DNA of 60,550 bases, filler included, from Sphacelaria rigidula (lineage: Eukaryota): the NCBI GenBank assembly GCA_964200075.2. It is 10 parts of 10 records of this genome, joined end to end, with 100 filler letters (N's around TTAATTAATTAA, not from the genome) between each part and the next. Parts side by side here need not be neighbours in the genome. Positions count along the whole stretch, not along the records: positions 42,456 to 48,420 come from CAXNAA020023155.1; positions 48,521 to 54,485 come from CAXNAA020023156.1; positions 54,586 to 60,550 come from CAXNAA020023157.1; 7 more parts are not named here. The stretch is one strand, 5' to 3'. This document shows positions 48,261 to 58,990 of the stretch, in pieces (positions within the stretch are counted from its first letter, which is position 1; every line of letters begins with the position of its first letter). The position numbers and the translations under genes were made by a program. The notes beneath the pieces were generated by a model. That model was given only the letters and a program-made list of their open reading frames with translations. It searched no databases and was not told the origin of the DNA.

Positions 48261-48420
48261 TCGTCCCGGTGGTGTAATGGTCCCAATTTCGCCATTAGGG
48301 TGAAGAGAACGGGGTTCGATTCCCGATGCATTGGGTTTTTTCTTCGTGATGTATAATTTCCACCGTGGAAAGCGTAAGAACGTGAGTAAACGAAATAGTC
48401 GACTGGGTTTGTGTGACGTG
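48261..48420 (+). mobile_element. tRNA-derived SINE (head + start of body, cut by contig edge)
   Basis: A box TGGTGTAATGG, TTAGGGT loop, B box GGTTCGATTCC, then a T-run. No 7-bp acceptor stem. Confidence 0.62.
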
Positions 48421-48520
48421 NNNNNNNNNNNNNNNNNNNNNNNNNNNNNNNNNNNNNNNNNNNNTTAATTAATTAANNNNNNNNNNNNNNNNNNNNNNNN
48501 NNNNNNNNNNNNNNNNNNNN
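48421..48520. other. Artificial contig spacer
   Basis: 44 N + TTAATTAATTAA + 44 N. Confidence 0.99.
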
Positions 48521-51500
48521 GGGCTCCTAACAATTCTAATCTCAGAAATTATTTTTGTACCCCTACCGTAGCATCACTCCGAATGAGACCTTGTTCTCGG
48601 TAAATAAAAAATGCTACAGTGGATCCCCCATGATCACCTCCGAATTTCCGGTGCGCGACCACCCTCAGAATTCCGGGCATTGGCTACTCGAAGCGGTTGC
48701 AGACGTCTAAAAGCATCGGCCAGAGGTCCTCGATTCGGTGTGGTCCCAGCCGAAAGCTAAATGTTCATGGGGGTCCCGTTTTCATCGTGCTATAATGCCT
48801 CCGTGGATACAGACGAGTGGCGACAATAGGGACCATCAATCCATTGAGATATCGTCGAACATACATCGATGATTTGGCATCAACACCTCCCTTCCCTCTC
48901 CACCCACCATGGGCTGCACCGTGCTCTTCTAACAACGGGTCTCTTCTGCATGTTACCAGCCTTGCATACACCACGGAAGGTGGAGAGGGGGTAAGGGGGC
49001 AGGGGGGTAGGGAGGGGTTTCGACTTGACGTGAACTCCACCACTTTGCTCAAATCTAAACCTGGGCCGCGCACCGTGGACTGGGTAGAAGCCTTCCGTGA
49101 GGGCCGGAGTGTGACATGGAAACACGCTTCAGGTTGCACGCATCTCCCCCAACCATCTGCCATCGCTCCTTGCCCCCTGTCACTTCTCCGACTGCAGGTT
49201 TCACGTATTCCGTCGTATTATTTTCCCGCGGCAACCGCCATTATTCCTCCGCAACTACAACGGCAAACACATCCGACTTTACGTGATGCGCATATACAGT
49301 ACGACTCTGCTCAGCAAACGCCGAACGGGCTCGTGAGACCCAACGAGAGGAGAAAAAAAAAAAAAACGAGACGAGGAACGCAAGAGAAAAGAAAAAAACG
49401 TATAAAACGGGGCAATGCGACTTGTACAAGTGTGCTGCGAAGCCTATTAAAAAACCATAACTCGGGATTTCAGTCCAATATGATCACGCTCAGGTGCAAT
49501 GAAAAAAGGTCAATACACGTAGATCAGTGACAACTCTCAAACGCAATGCGTTGTAATCTCCACCCGGGCAATGTACTCAACTAGCGCAGGAACGTGAACA
49601 AGGAAAGTTCATACTTTGGAGTATAAAACATCGAAAAACGCACGACAGTCAATTACGTTGCTCGCTTGAGCGCACGTCCCACCCACCCACCCCATACCCC
49701 ATCTCCTCTGAACCCCTCGACATTGGACCACATCAATACGCGAACATCGCACAGCCCGCAGCGAGACCCGCAACACCAAAAAATCAGGCCAAATATATAA
49801 CATTGAGGAAAGGGGGTGGGGGGCATGGAATATTTCCGTGGGTTCCACCAACAAAGAATCGGTTTCGGTACAAACATCCCCGGTGACGCGCCGTGCTCAT
49901 CACCACAATTAGCATGATCATTCCGCCGAGTGCCGAAGCCGGGCGTGTTGTGAAGACAATAGAGGCTCCCGCATGCGTTTGAGTGCCATTTCAACTGAAG
50001 CCATTCACGTGCTCGGCCATATCGTCGGCTCTCACACCCCATCCTCATCCACCATTCAATCCTACAGGTGGCGATGGATATGCACCAGAGCCATGACGAG
50101 AAAATAAGAAAACGCTCTACCCTCACGTCCCCATTTTACTTCGTCCACCCCCGCTCCACTGCAACATACAATGATCACATGCCATCCTTCAGAGAGGGTT
50201 GTGCGCAACACTCTGCAGAACACCATGTCACATACGCCGCCCCAGACCACTCGTCGATTCCCAGTCCTCACCCTAATATAAGTTGCACATCCAAATTATT
50301 AACCAAACATCTCTACCCTCTGATAACTCCCCCTACCTATTCCCTTCCCGGCTTCCGCCCAACCCTCTTTCCTTCCGCTTGCCTCGGTTCAAGGCTCCTG
50401 AAGCCGTTGTGACTTCTATCCTTACGACATGACTTCAGGACTTGAAAAACCCACGATTGGAGCAGCTTGGCGATGATGCCACCAGACCAGCTCATCTCTG
50501 CTCTTCCCGTACTGCCCGAGGTTTTATTGGGAAGAACATTCATTCAACGATGTACTGAGACCTCTGATATACCGTGTGTGCGAAAGTACCCGTGAATGCT
50601 GTCGATGGAGTCTACCCCAGCATGTGCCAATGCCTGAGGACACTCGTATTCCTTGAAAAAAATAGAGAACGACACCCGGACGCCAAAAAGAGGCCGGCTT
50701 CGTCACATTACAGAGAAAAGGACGCCGTCACTCGGCAAGGCTTGATATGATTGTAGATCTAAATAACGAGATGGGGGGGGGGGGGAAGAGGGAACCGAAA
50801 AATACACACAAAAACAGTATCGTTCTGCTCTAAAAACAATCTGTCAAACTTTCGATGGGTTGCTGGGTACACGGTACACCTGGTATTTGTTGGCGTGTGT
50901 TTGCATGAAAATAAACAAAAAATGCGGGAGGACATTTGTCATGCAATAACAATCACCTAACAAACAATCAACGAAATACATCATGAAATGAAGAAGAAAA
51001 AAACTGAGCCCAAAACACAACCCGCGCACTTCGCGCACGGAAGATGGCATCATTGCGGCAATACAATGCGACGGTGTCATACCTTGTCCCACCAACACCT
51101 CCTCGAGACTCTACCCTGCACAACAACCGTCGCCCCTCAACCCCGATGCGGGAAAAAATGAAAAAAAATGCCGGGTGGTGAATGAACAAACTGAGCTGAC
51201 ACATTCCACCAAAAATAACGGGCTGAACATAACAAGCAGCAAAATTGAGGAACGGCGGCCGCACATCGCGGGTGGGTGTCTTCATTTTCGTGCTCAACCG
51301 CATTTTTCCCCAACAACACACATGTACCTCCAAGTGTCATGTGTTTATAATTTCCTACGCGTCTATCGTACCGTTTCACCGCTCGTCGAATGCGCCGCAC
51401 ATCGCCTCCACATTCCGACCCTCCCGATACACTCAAACCCTCTCCTTCCCTCATATTCGCCGCAACCTCCGACTCCCGATACCCGACGCATGTTCTGGAT

Positions 51501-51595
51501 GTGCTTTTATTATCCATAAATACCTTAAGAGACAAGACACTGCAATGGGTATGGCCCGGAGGAGTATGACTCTACCTCTACTACTTTAGCTGCTG

Positions 51596-51637
51596 CTAAA
51601 AGAAAATGCCTCCCTCGTCATCCTCGTCCTCACCCTC
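51596..51637 (-). CDS. Possible short terminal exon (EGEDEDDEGGIFF-stop)
   Basis: TTTGTGCAG acceptor. Phase 0 is compatible with exon 53503-53710. No homology support. Confidence 0.3.
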   Translation of the reverse strand, partial: EGEDEDDEGGIFF

Positions 51638-53502
51638 CTGCACAAACGCCCAACAAGGGTACGAACACGGGAACGATTTTTCAAGAGAATGACGTTGCAC
51701 GCGATACATGCACAGAGCAATGCTATGATAGGGGTGCACGTTTTGCGCGAAATCGTGTCTGGTTCAGGGGCTCCTAACGATTCTAGATACACAAGGATAT
51801 GGGTCAGGACATCCTCGTTTGCAAATTCATTCGGGAGATCCCTAGCACATTACAATAGTCATCCTGGGGTGCTCTCACTTACTTCATAACTTTTGTTTTG
51901 AATGAGATGAAGGGCTTCTAACAATTCTAACCTCGGAAAGTCTTTGCGCACCCCTACGGTAGCATTACTCTACAAAGACGCACCTGAAAAAATATCGTAC
52001 AATAGTAATTCAAGACACCCATCATAGCTTTCTTGTGTTGAGCGCACGACGAATGCGACGATACGATACCGACAAATATTCCTGCAATCGACACCCCGTA
52101 TGAGCAACGCCTTCTATTTCCACCCGTGATTTCGTTTCACTCGTGCAATTTCATCGGGGATCGTGACTTGTTTAGGATTTCATCACACACGACCCACCTC
52201 GCATTGAATTTCCTACGGCAAGCAACACTGAGATATTTTTCTTCCACGAAGACGGTCACTCCTGCCCCACGGAACACTGAATATTGTTGGTCTACGTGAT
52301 TTTCATTGCCCACACCTCAGCACTACAACCTGGTCTCAGGCCAAAAACAAACAACAACAAACAACAACAAACAACAACAAACACACGATCTTGCCCTGGG
52401 GAGTGTTGCGCCATAAAATCATATTGTTCACACACACGTCATGTGGCAACCACGGGACGAAAAACCGCGCTCCGCCAGGTTCCAAACCTCTTCTACCGTC
52501 GAGGTAGACGAAAGCTCAGTGACTCTCGTGTATTCGTGATTCCTTCGTGAAGTCATCCGTGTTGAATAGGAACGACGGCATAAAAAAAAAACTCCAAAGC
52601 ACGGCGATCTACAACGTCGGCACCAAACGTGCGTATAATTCTTGACGCCATCATGGCGCGAAAAAACTGGGCCGAACAAAAAGCAAAGCGGACGGAGCAC
52701 TTCGTCTCGGAACCATTTACAGCACAACTACCCGCCGGGTGTGATGCTACGATAGGGTGGTGGGGTATTCTGGGTAATTTTTTGCACGAAATTTCATTTC
52801 AAATCGCCAATAGGAGCAGCACCCGTTATTTTACTGGGGGTTTGCTTCGCGCTTGGAGATTGATTGCGAGGCTGGCACGGCGAAAACCCGGCGTGCTCAG
52901 TCCCGGCTTTGTAGGGATGCGAAGTCAATGGCGACTGCGGCATGCAACATCACGAATACACTCCCCCGCACTACTTCACCCCAGCGTGTTTTGTTTCATT
53001 TTTTACTTTCCATCCCCCTGATTGGGTGAATTGTGGGTCATAGCGAGCATACATACCATCTCGGGGGAAAATACGGCCGCGCAAGTCGGGTCGTGAGCTC
53101 CCGTTTGCCTTGTGTCGGCCAAGCAGATACGTGATCGTGTCGCGAATCCAGTACCCTCGTATCTCCCGTGATTTTGGCATGGTGACAATATCGGGCTTTG
53201 TGGGGGCACCAGCATTTATTTCACACACGAAATTTCATTTCATTTCATTTCCAGTTGTATGACCACACAGCGCCTGATGTTTGCATTCAGGCTGCATAAA
53301 GCGCCTCATACGGGTTACACTGACGAAAACGAACCCACGCATGGGAATCCTCAGCTGCTCGTCGTGCTCGACCTTCTTCATTTCGGTTCGAGTGTAAAGT
53401 TCGACTCCCCAGACCAGCCACATCTTTTTTTCTTCTTGGGGGGGGGGGGGGGGGGGAGGCTATCGGGAAAAGTGTCATACGCCTCCTGGCATTGAAACTC
53501 AC

Positions 53503-53710
53503 CTCAATTTGGTCGAAGTAGGCTGACATTGTACCAGGCGCCGTAGCGGTTGGTCGCACCGGCAGCATATGTGTCGGCATAACCACCACCGATAAGCTCT
53601 TCATCATGCCCGCCATTCCCTGTCGAAACATACACCAGCACACCGCGTTACCCATCGAACACATCGCGATGTCAATACTCAGCAGAATCGTTCTCATCGT
53701 TCTCGAAGTT
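53503..53710 (-). CDS. Possible internal exon, unknown protein (TSRTMRTILLSID...AYFDQIE)
   Basis: Long polypyrimidine tract + AAG acceptor, GAG|GTGAGT donor, one open frame. Confidence 0.4.
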
Positions 53711-54417
53711 CTTTGTAACAGGCAGGGTAAATAAAAGAACGAAAGAGAAAAAGAAAAGTGCCTCAGAAGGTCACCCGCGATATCCGGCGAGAGCATTCAT
53801 ACGCACGCTGTGTTCTAACCCCAAGCACGAAAACCGACATATGGCGATCCGAGGCGCGGAACCAGGCAACCTCGACCGTGTGTACCAACGAAGTAACTGG
53901 ATGCAGACGCTCATGTATGAGTGATGCTACAGTGGGGGGGATACTCATTATCTTGCATGCTGTAGTCATGAGACCATCGACCTCGCATCCCTACAAGCCG
54001 GGACGGAGCATGCTGGGTTTTCGCCGGACCAGGCTCGCAATCAGTCACCAAGGGTGAAGCGCCGTCATATGTTCCGCAAGTCGAATCAAGGGCGAGCTGC
54101 ATCCTGGCAAGATTGCTCGGCCAGAAGCCTCCTGATTATCTTGCATATAGATGAAAGCCTTAAATGAGCTAGCTGCATCATTCTCTGGCTACGATAGTGG
54201 GGTGAGTGGGTGGGGTATTTTGAGATATTTCTTCCGCGAAATTCCGCCTCAAATCGTCCTTGAAAGCAGCGACATTTTAACATTTGTTCGAACGTGCTTG
54301 TTACAAATAAGACACACTCGGTCATCTCCGGTGAGACCGTTTTAACCTAAATACGAACGCACCGCGAGTAGTTAGGTCATCTGACACAAATGTGGGCCCC
54401 GTTTTTTTGTGAAAACA

Positions 54418-54458
<41 letters not shown>

Positions 54459-54485
54459 ACGACCGCCCCGCCCCCCCCCCCACCC

Positions 54486-54585
54486 NNNNNNNNNNNNNNN
54501 NNNNNNNNNNNNNNNNNNNNNNNNNNNNNTTAATTAATTAANNNNNNNNNNNNNNNNNNNNNNNNNNNNNNNNNNNNNNNNNNNN
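54486..54585. other. Artificial contig spacer
   Basis: 44 N + TTAATTAATTAA + 44 N. Confidence 0.99.
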
Positions 54586-54975
54586 CGAGAACCCGGCGTG
54601 CTCCCTCCCGCCTTTGTATGCATGCGAGGCCAATGGTCTTATAACTATGACATGGATGATCATAAGTACACCCCACCGACACTTCGCTTGTATCGGGTCT
54701 CTATTCCGCTTCACGACTAAAAAGTGAGTGTTGCCGAGGGCGAAGGCTTGACACCATCTTTTATACCAGTCTTTACGTGCCAAAATGGGAACGCCGTCGC
54801 CTCTGGTTGCCATGGTACCTCGCATTGAGACGCTCCGAACGCACTTCCATCATAGGGATCTTTACCGAATTATAAGCAAACCGTGTGGTCAAACTTTTAT
54901 TATCGACTGTTTGATTGTATGTTGTTCCACCTGCTCCAAGGAAATCTGCGATTTCCTGCTATCCCTCGTCTGGAA

Positions 54976-55731
54976 CTACTCTTCACCAAGTTTTGGGATG
55001 ACCCGTGATCCGCTGTATCGCGCCACGAGCGCATCTGACGCCGTAAAATCGTCTCCAGCGCACACCAACCCCTTTCTACTCGACTTCGAGACCAAGTTAT
55101 CTACATCGTCATCCCACTGCGATCTACACCCATTTTGTCGCCTTGACGACAAATCCTCAACCAAAACATTCCCACTTATATCGCCACGATCGACTGAACC
55201 ACCAGATAAAATACGGTCCCTCAAGCAATGGTTATTGTGGACAGCACCACGTTTCGAATTCCGAGGGATCACAGAAGATTTGACGTCCGCGGGCGTTCTA
55301 CCACCAATACTCCGGTGTCGGATGCAATTAGTACCGCTGGAGCGCTGTATTTTATCAGGGCTATCGATATTCTTCTTCCGAGTATACATTGGAACACTGA
55401 AGTGTTCGTTCCGAATATTATGCGGGGGAACCGCCGCCGGTAGACCGTCCTCCGAAACAACCCCCCCGTCGCTACTAAAGCTGAACGACGCTAATGCCGA
55501 CAGACGCCGCGGGTGACGACTATGGTCGTTGATGTTCCCTTTTTTCTTGCACATGTTCGCAATTTTGCGTTGGCGCCGCGTGCTTTTTCCGCAAGGAGGG
55601 ATATTCTCGCCCCTCGCGGTGGGTCCACTGAGAGCGACGGGATTGATTCCATTCGACCAAAAGATGCCTCGTAGACGCTCGGCTTCTCTTCGAGTGCGAA
55701 CCAGACGCATTTCCGCTTCATCTCTCTCTTT
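54976..55731 (-). CDS. Coiled-coil protein, probable terminal exon (KERDEAEMRLVRTRREAERL... plus disordered tail)
   Basis: TGTCAG acceptor in phase 0, open to TAG at 54976. The 3' limit is uncertain because an internal donor is possible. Confidence 0.65.
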   Translation of the reverse strand, partial: KERDEAEMRLVRTRREAERLRGIFWSNGINPVALSGPTARGENIPPCGKSTRRQRKIANMCKKKGNINDHSRHPRRLSALASFSFSSDGGVVSEDGLPAAVPPHNIRNEHFSVPMYTRKKNIDSPDKIQRSSGTNCIRHRSIGGRTPADVKSSVIPRNSKRGAVHNNHCLRDRILSGGSVDRGDISGNVLVEDLSSRRQNGCRSQWDDDVDNLVSKSSRKGLVCAGDDFTASDALVARYSGSRVIPKLGEE

Positions 55732-56095
55732 CTGACATCGGTTGCACGAGTGGTGTGTGGCGGTGGTATGTTGCCGACGTCGAGGTTGAGAGGGGGCATT
55801 GATTTGAGAACCGTCGTGTTTCGTGGGAGAGATGAGTATGATACCATGCACATGTTCGAGTTTGAGGGGGAGAGCAAGCAACTGTCAACGATGCCCACTG
55901 CAAGCAGCTTTTGCCCGAAACCCGCGTAAGCGTGTTCGAAGTCAGTGGTTAAATGGGCACAATTTACCCGAGGGGAGCAAGCAACCTGGCACCAGACGGG
56001 ATTCGAGGGACGGGAGATGACAGGCGCTACCGACGGCCCAGATATATCCATCTCCTCGAAGTATCTTGGAGAGACGTGCTGAAGTCCAATTTTAC

Positions 56096-56215
56096 CTCCG
56101 CCGCATGCACGCGCCTCTTGAGGCGGACGAGGTCTTCTTCCCTACTAAGAGTGTCGCTTAACATCTTCCTCCCTTCCTCGTCGTCTACCTGACGCAGTCG
56201 CCTTCCGACCTGCAC
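56096..56215 (-). CDS. Coiled-coil protein exon (VQVGRRLRQV...RVHAAE)
   Basis: TGCAG acceptor, GAG|GTAAAA donor, 120 bp. Confidence 0.72.
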
Positions 56216-56695
56216 CTGCAGGAGCGTAATGTTTAGACAAAACGATCAGCATTGCGACTTGCCGAACTTTCACTGGAAGTACAAGGGTGTCGTTTTTGGA
56301 CATGTTTCTGCGCTGTACGATAGGGGGGCATTAACCGCGAGATCTTCAGTCGCCATGATATATCAAGGCAGATGTTGAAGCTACAGAACAGCGATGGATG
56401 TATCAGATCCTTGGTGCTCGAATACATCACGGTTCTGTATATGGGCTGCAAGACCACAACAAAACCTACAAATACTCACACGACAGGGGGCACCGGTTTG
56501 CGTTCGACCCATATTATAACTCTTTTTATTTCCGTGATTGGCCCACGAAGCAAATGAAACCACCGACCAGACATTTTCGTGGACAGAAAATTTACTGATG
56601 TGGTCGCCAGCGCCGAAGATGTCTTGCTGAGTAAATACAAAACAGTGATACCAGCTCGCTTCAACAAAGAGAGAACCCGTCCACCCTATATTCAC

Positions 56696-56815
56696 CGCGG
56701 ATCTGAGGGCTTCGCATTCTTTTTCCATCGCCGCGGCAACGTTCGCCTGAACGTTGATCCTTTCTGTCAGGCTTGTCACTTCCTTCCTGAGACTGTGCTT
56801 TTCCTGTTCCAGCCC
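56696..56815 (-). CDS. Coiled-coil protein exon (GLEQEKHSLRKEV...EALRSA)
   Basis: AACAG acceptor, GCG|GTGAAT donor, 120 bp. Confidence 0.72.
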
Positions 56816-57399
56816 CTGTTCATCTCCAGCGGGTAAGACCACGCGTAGAGTGTGGTGTGGAAGAAAACCAGAATGGGGCGGGGGATGGACGACATGACGG
56901 TGAAGCAATGAAGAACAAATGTGTCGGCACTTTGGGAACCAGTATCTTCTACACCGTGTATGAGGCCGGATCACGTACTGGTGTAGACACAATGAAGGAA
57001 GGGAATGCTATCAAGAAACGCTGGCGATCAGAGCGATGATATCCTTGCAAACGGATCTTTTTTAACATGAATTTGTCCGTATGTGCACGGCTGGAATCGG
57101 CTTGCTACAACCAATTTCGGTGATTTTTTTCTTCGCGATATGAAAACACCACGGGACAGCGCGAACACGCGTGAAAAAGTTTCGGTTCATCAAGGTTCTA
57201 TGCCATTTACTTAAAAGTTGATTAATTCATCGGAAACTCAAGGTGACCTGCGAATATTGGTCACGTGTTTAATCCTTCACGCATTGGCCGATAACATGAG
57301 AAACACATTACGCAGAGCGGTGAAGCAGCCGTGGGTGCAGTGTCGACGGAACGAAGCCCCAAACCGAACACAACGTCACACCATGAATTTCCGTGACAC

Positions 57400-57544
57400 C
57401 TGCTGTTGAAGCATCTCTTTCATGCGAAGATCTTTCTGGAGCCGAAGAGCTTCAGCTGTATCGTGCAGTCGCCGGTCCGCTGCGTCGCGCTCCTCGGAAG
57501 TGATATTGATCTTATCTTTCATCTCGTTCTCAAGCACGACGAGC
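57400..57544 (-). CDS. Coiled-coil protein exon (LVVLENEMKDKI...EMLQQQ)
   Basis: AAG acceptor in phase 2 matches the upstream exon. CAG|GTGTCA donor. Not in the ORF track. Confidence 0.72.
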
Positions 57545-57796
57545 CTTGATTGTCATGAGAAAACGTACGCAAAGGTATATTAGTGAATAATATGATCTCT
57601 TCGTGGTAAATGACTAGACAATTCATACTCACATGCCGCACAAAGAAAGCATACTTTAGTACTACACAATACTCTCGTTGTGACAATAAATGGTTATAAC
57701 TTATCTTACTCCTGGACAGCACCCCTGCCAACACGATCATACGATGCGAGAACAGAGCTCAATAGTTACTCGTATGGTTCGGTCGTAAGAACCCAC

Positions 57797-57942
57797 CGGT
57801 TCAATTGTTCACGTACGGCCAATCTTTCGTCTTCCAACTCCTTGCGAACCGCGGCACCAAAGGCCACTTCTTCCTTCAATCGATCACAGAGCCATAGCCG
57901 CAGATCTTTGCCCCCGAAGAAGTTCCCATCGTCGATCTTGAC
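57797..57942 (-). CDS. Coiled-coil protein exon (VKIDDGNFFGGKDLRLWL...REQLNR)
   Basis: CTAG acceptor, CG|GTGGGT donor (phase 2). All five exons splice in frame. Confidence 0.72.
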
Positions 57943-58924
57943 CTAGACGCACGAAACATTATGAAGCTTGTAGGATACCGTGTGGATTCGCCTCACGGCT
58001 CTCGAGCCAGCACCATGATCACTACCGTTAACCATAAAGCGCTGAAACATGTACCGCGAGTCGCTTGCGTCCACGACGTAGATGATCCATCAGTGGTGGG
58101 TGATTGTGTGGTGGGCGGGTATACGTCATGTCATCGATAAACACCCCCTGTAGACCAAAACGTTTTCTATTTCTGAGAGACGACACGGAGGAAAGACACA
58201 ATCGAGTTTTATCCCAAGTGAGCCCTTGTACCACGTATTGCTGGTCAGCTTTGCGTGCCGATTCCAAGGCTTGCACCCGTCACTGCACACAAAATTGTCA
58301 AGGAGCTTCAATAGCTTCTGTCTTCAGCACTTTTGAAATAGGATCTTCTCGAAGTGACTACGTTGACATGTCCCCTGTTATTTTACACCTTCAATACGTC
58401 TCGTATACCCAGACTGGACACCGCCCTTCGCATGGCGGCCGTGTCGTTGACATCCAAAGGAGCCTCTATGCTTATCGTCACCAGCTCCACGGACTTGTCC
58501 CCTGTCATGACGTGATATGTGCGGACACCACAGGCGAAAACATTTCATGTGTTGTACTTCATTCTTATAAGCCTGACGCACGTATCTTGGTGTCCGCTTC
58601 AATCCACAATCATGTGTCACGATGGTTATGGTCAGACTGTCTCATTTTCTCGATGCAATACAAACCGGACGGTATACGCGGTACGATGCTGTAAGGAGCC
58701 GTCATGGAAAGGGCAGAATGGCCATCCGCTTGTGGGGGACACTGCGGCTTACGCTCCATCATACTGCAATGTCAAGGGTTCATCAAATTTCTATATCAAG
58801 GAATTTTCAATGGTTGATTCTTAAATCGAAAAGTATTTCCGAGATACCAGATCCCGTGATTTTTATCTGGATATAGATGCCCACCTACGAGCGCTAAAGA
58901 GTCACCCCGCGATTGGGCGCGCGC

Positions 58925-58990
58925 GGGGGGGATACTCATTTGTTGTTTGCCTTAGTCGTTTGACCATTGACCACGCATCCCTTTCGAGGC
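58925..58990 (+). repeat. Family C ~70-bp repeat
   Basis: Near-consensus copy flanked by G-runs. Confidence 0.88.

Noticed and set aside
48261..48330. Functional tRNA-Pro gene (also 1518-1590)
   Set aside because: A and B boxes are present, but the acceptor and anticodon stems do not pair and the copies are dispersed and diverged. Better explained as SINE heads.
48817..49080. RYRRTYIDDL...FRLDV as a Penelope-like reverse transcriptase relic
   Set aside because: Only a short motif resemblance in low-complexity context, with no other RT motifs found.
58028..58276. Additional upstream exon of the coiled-coil gene (VQALESARKADQQY)
   Set aside because: The nearest acceptor puts an in-frame TGA at the start, and no clean exon boundaries were found.
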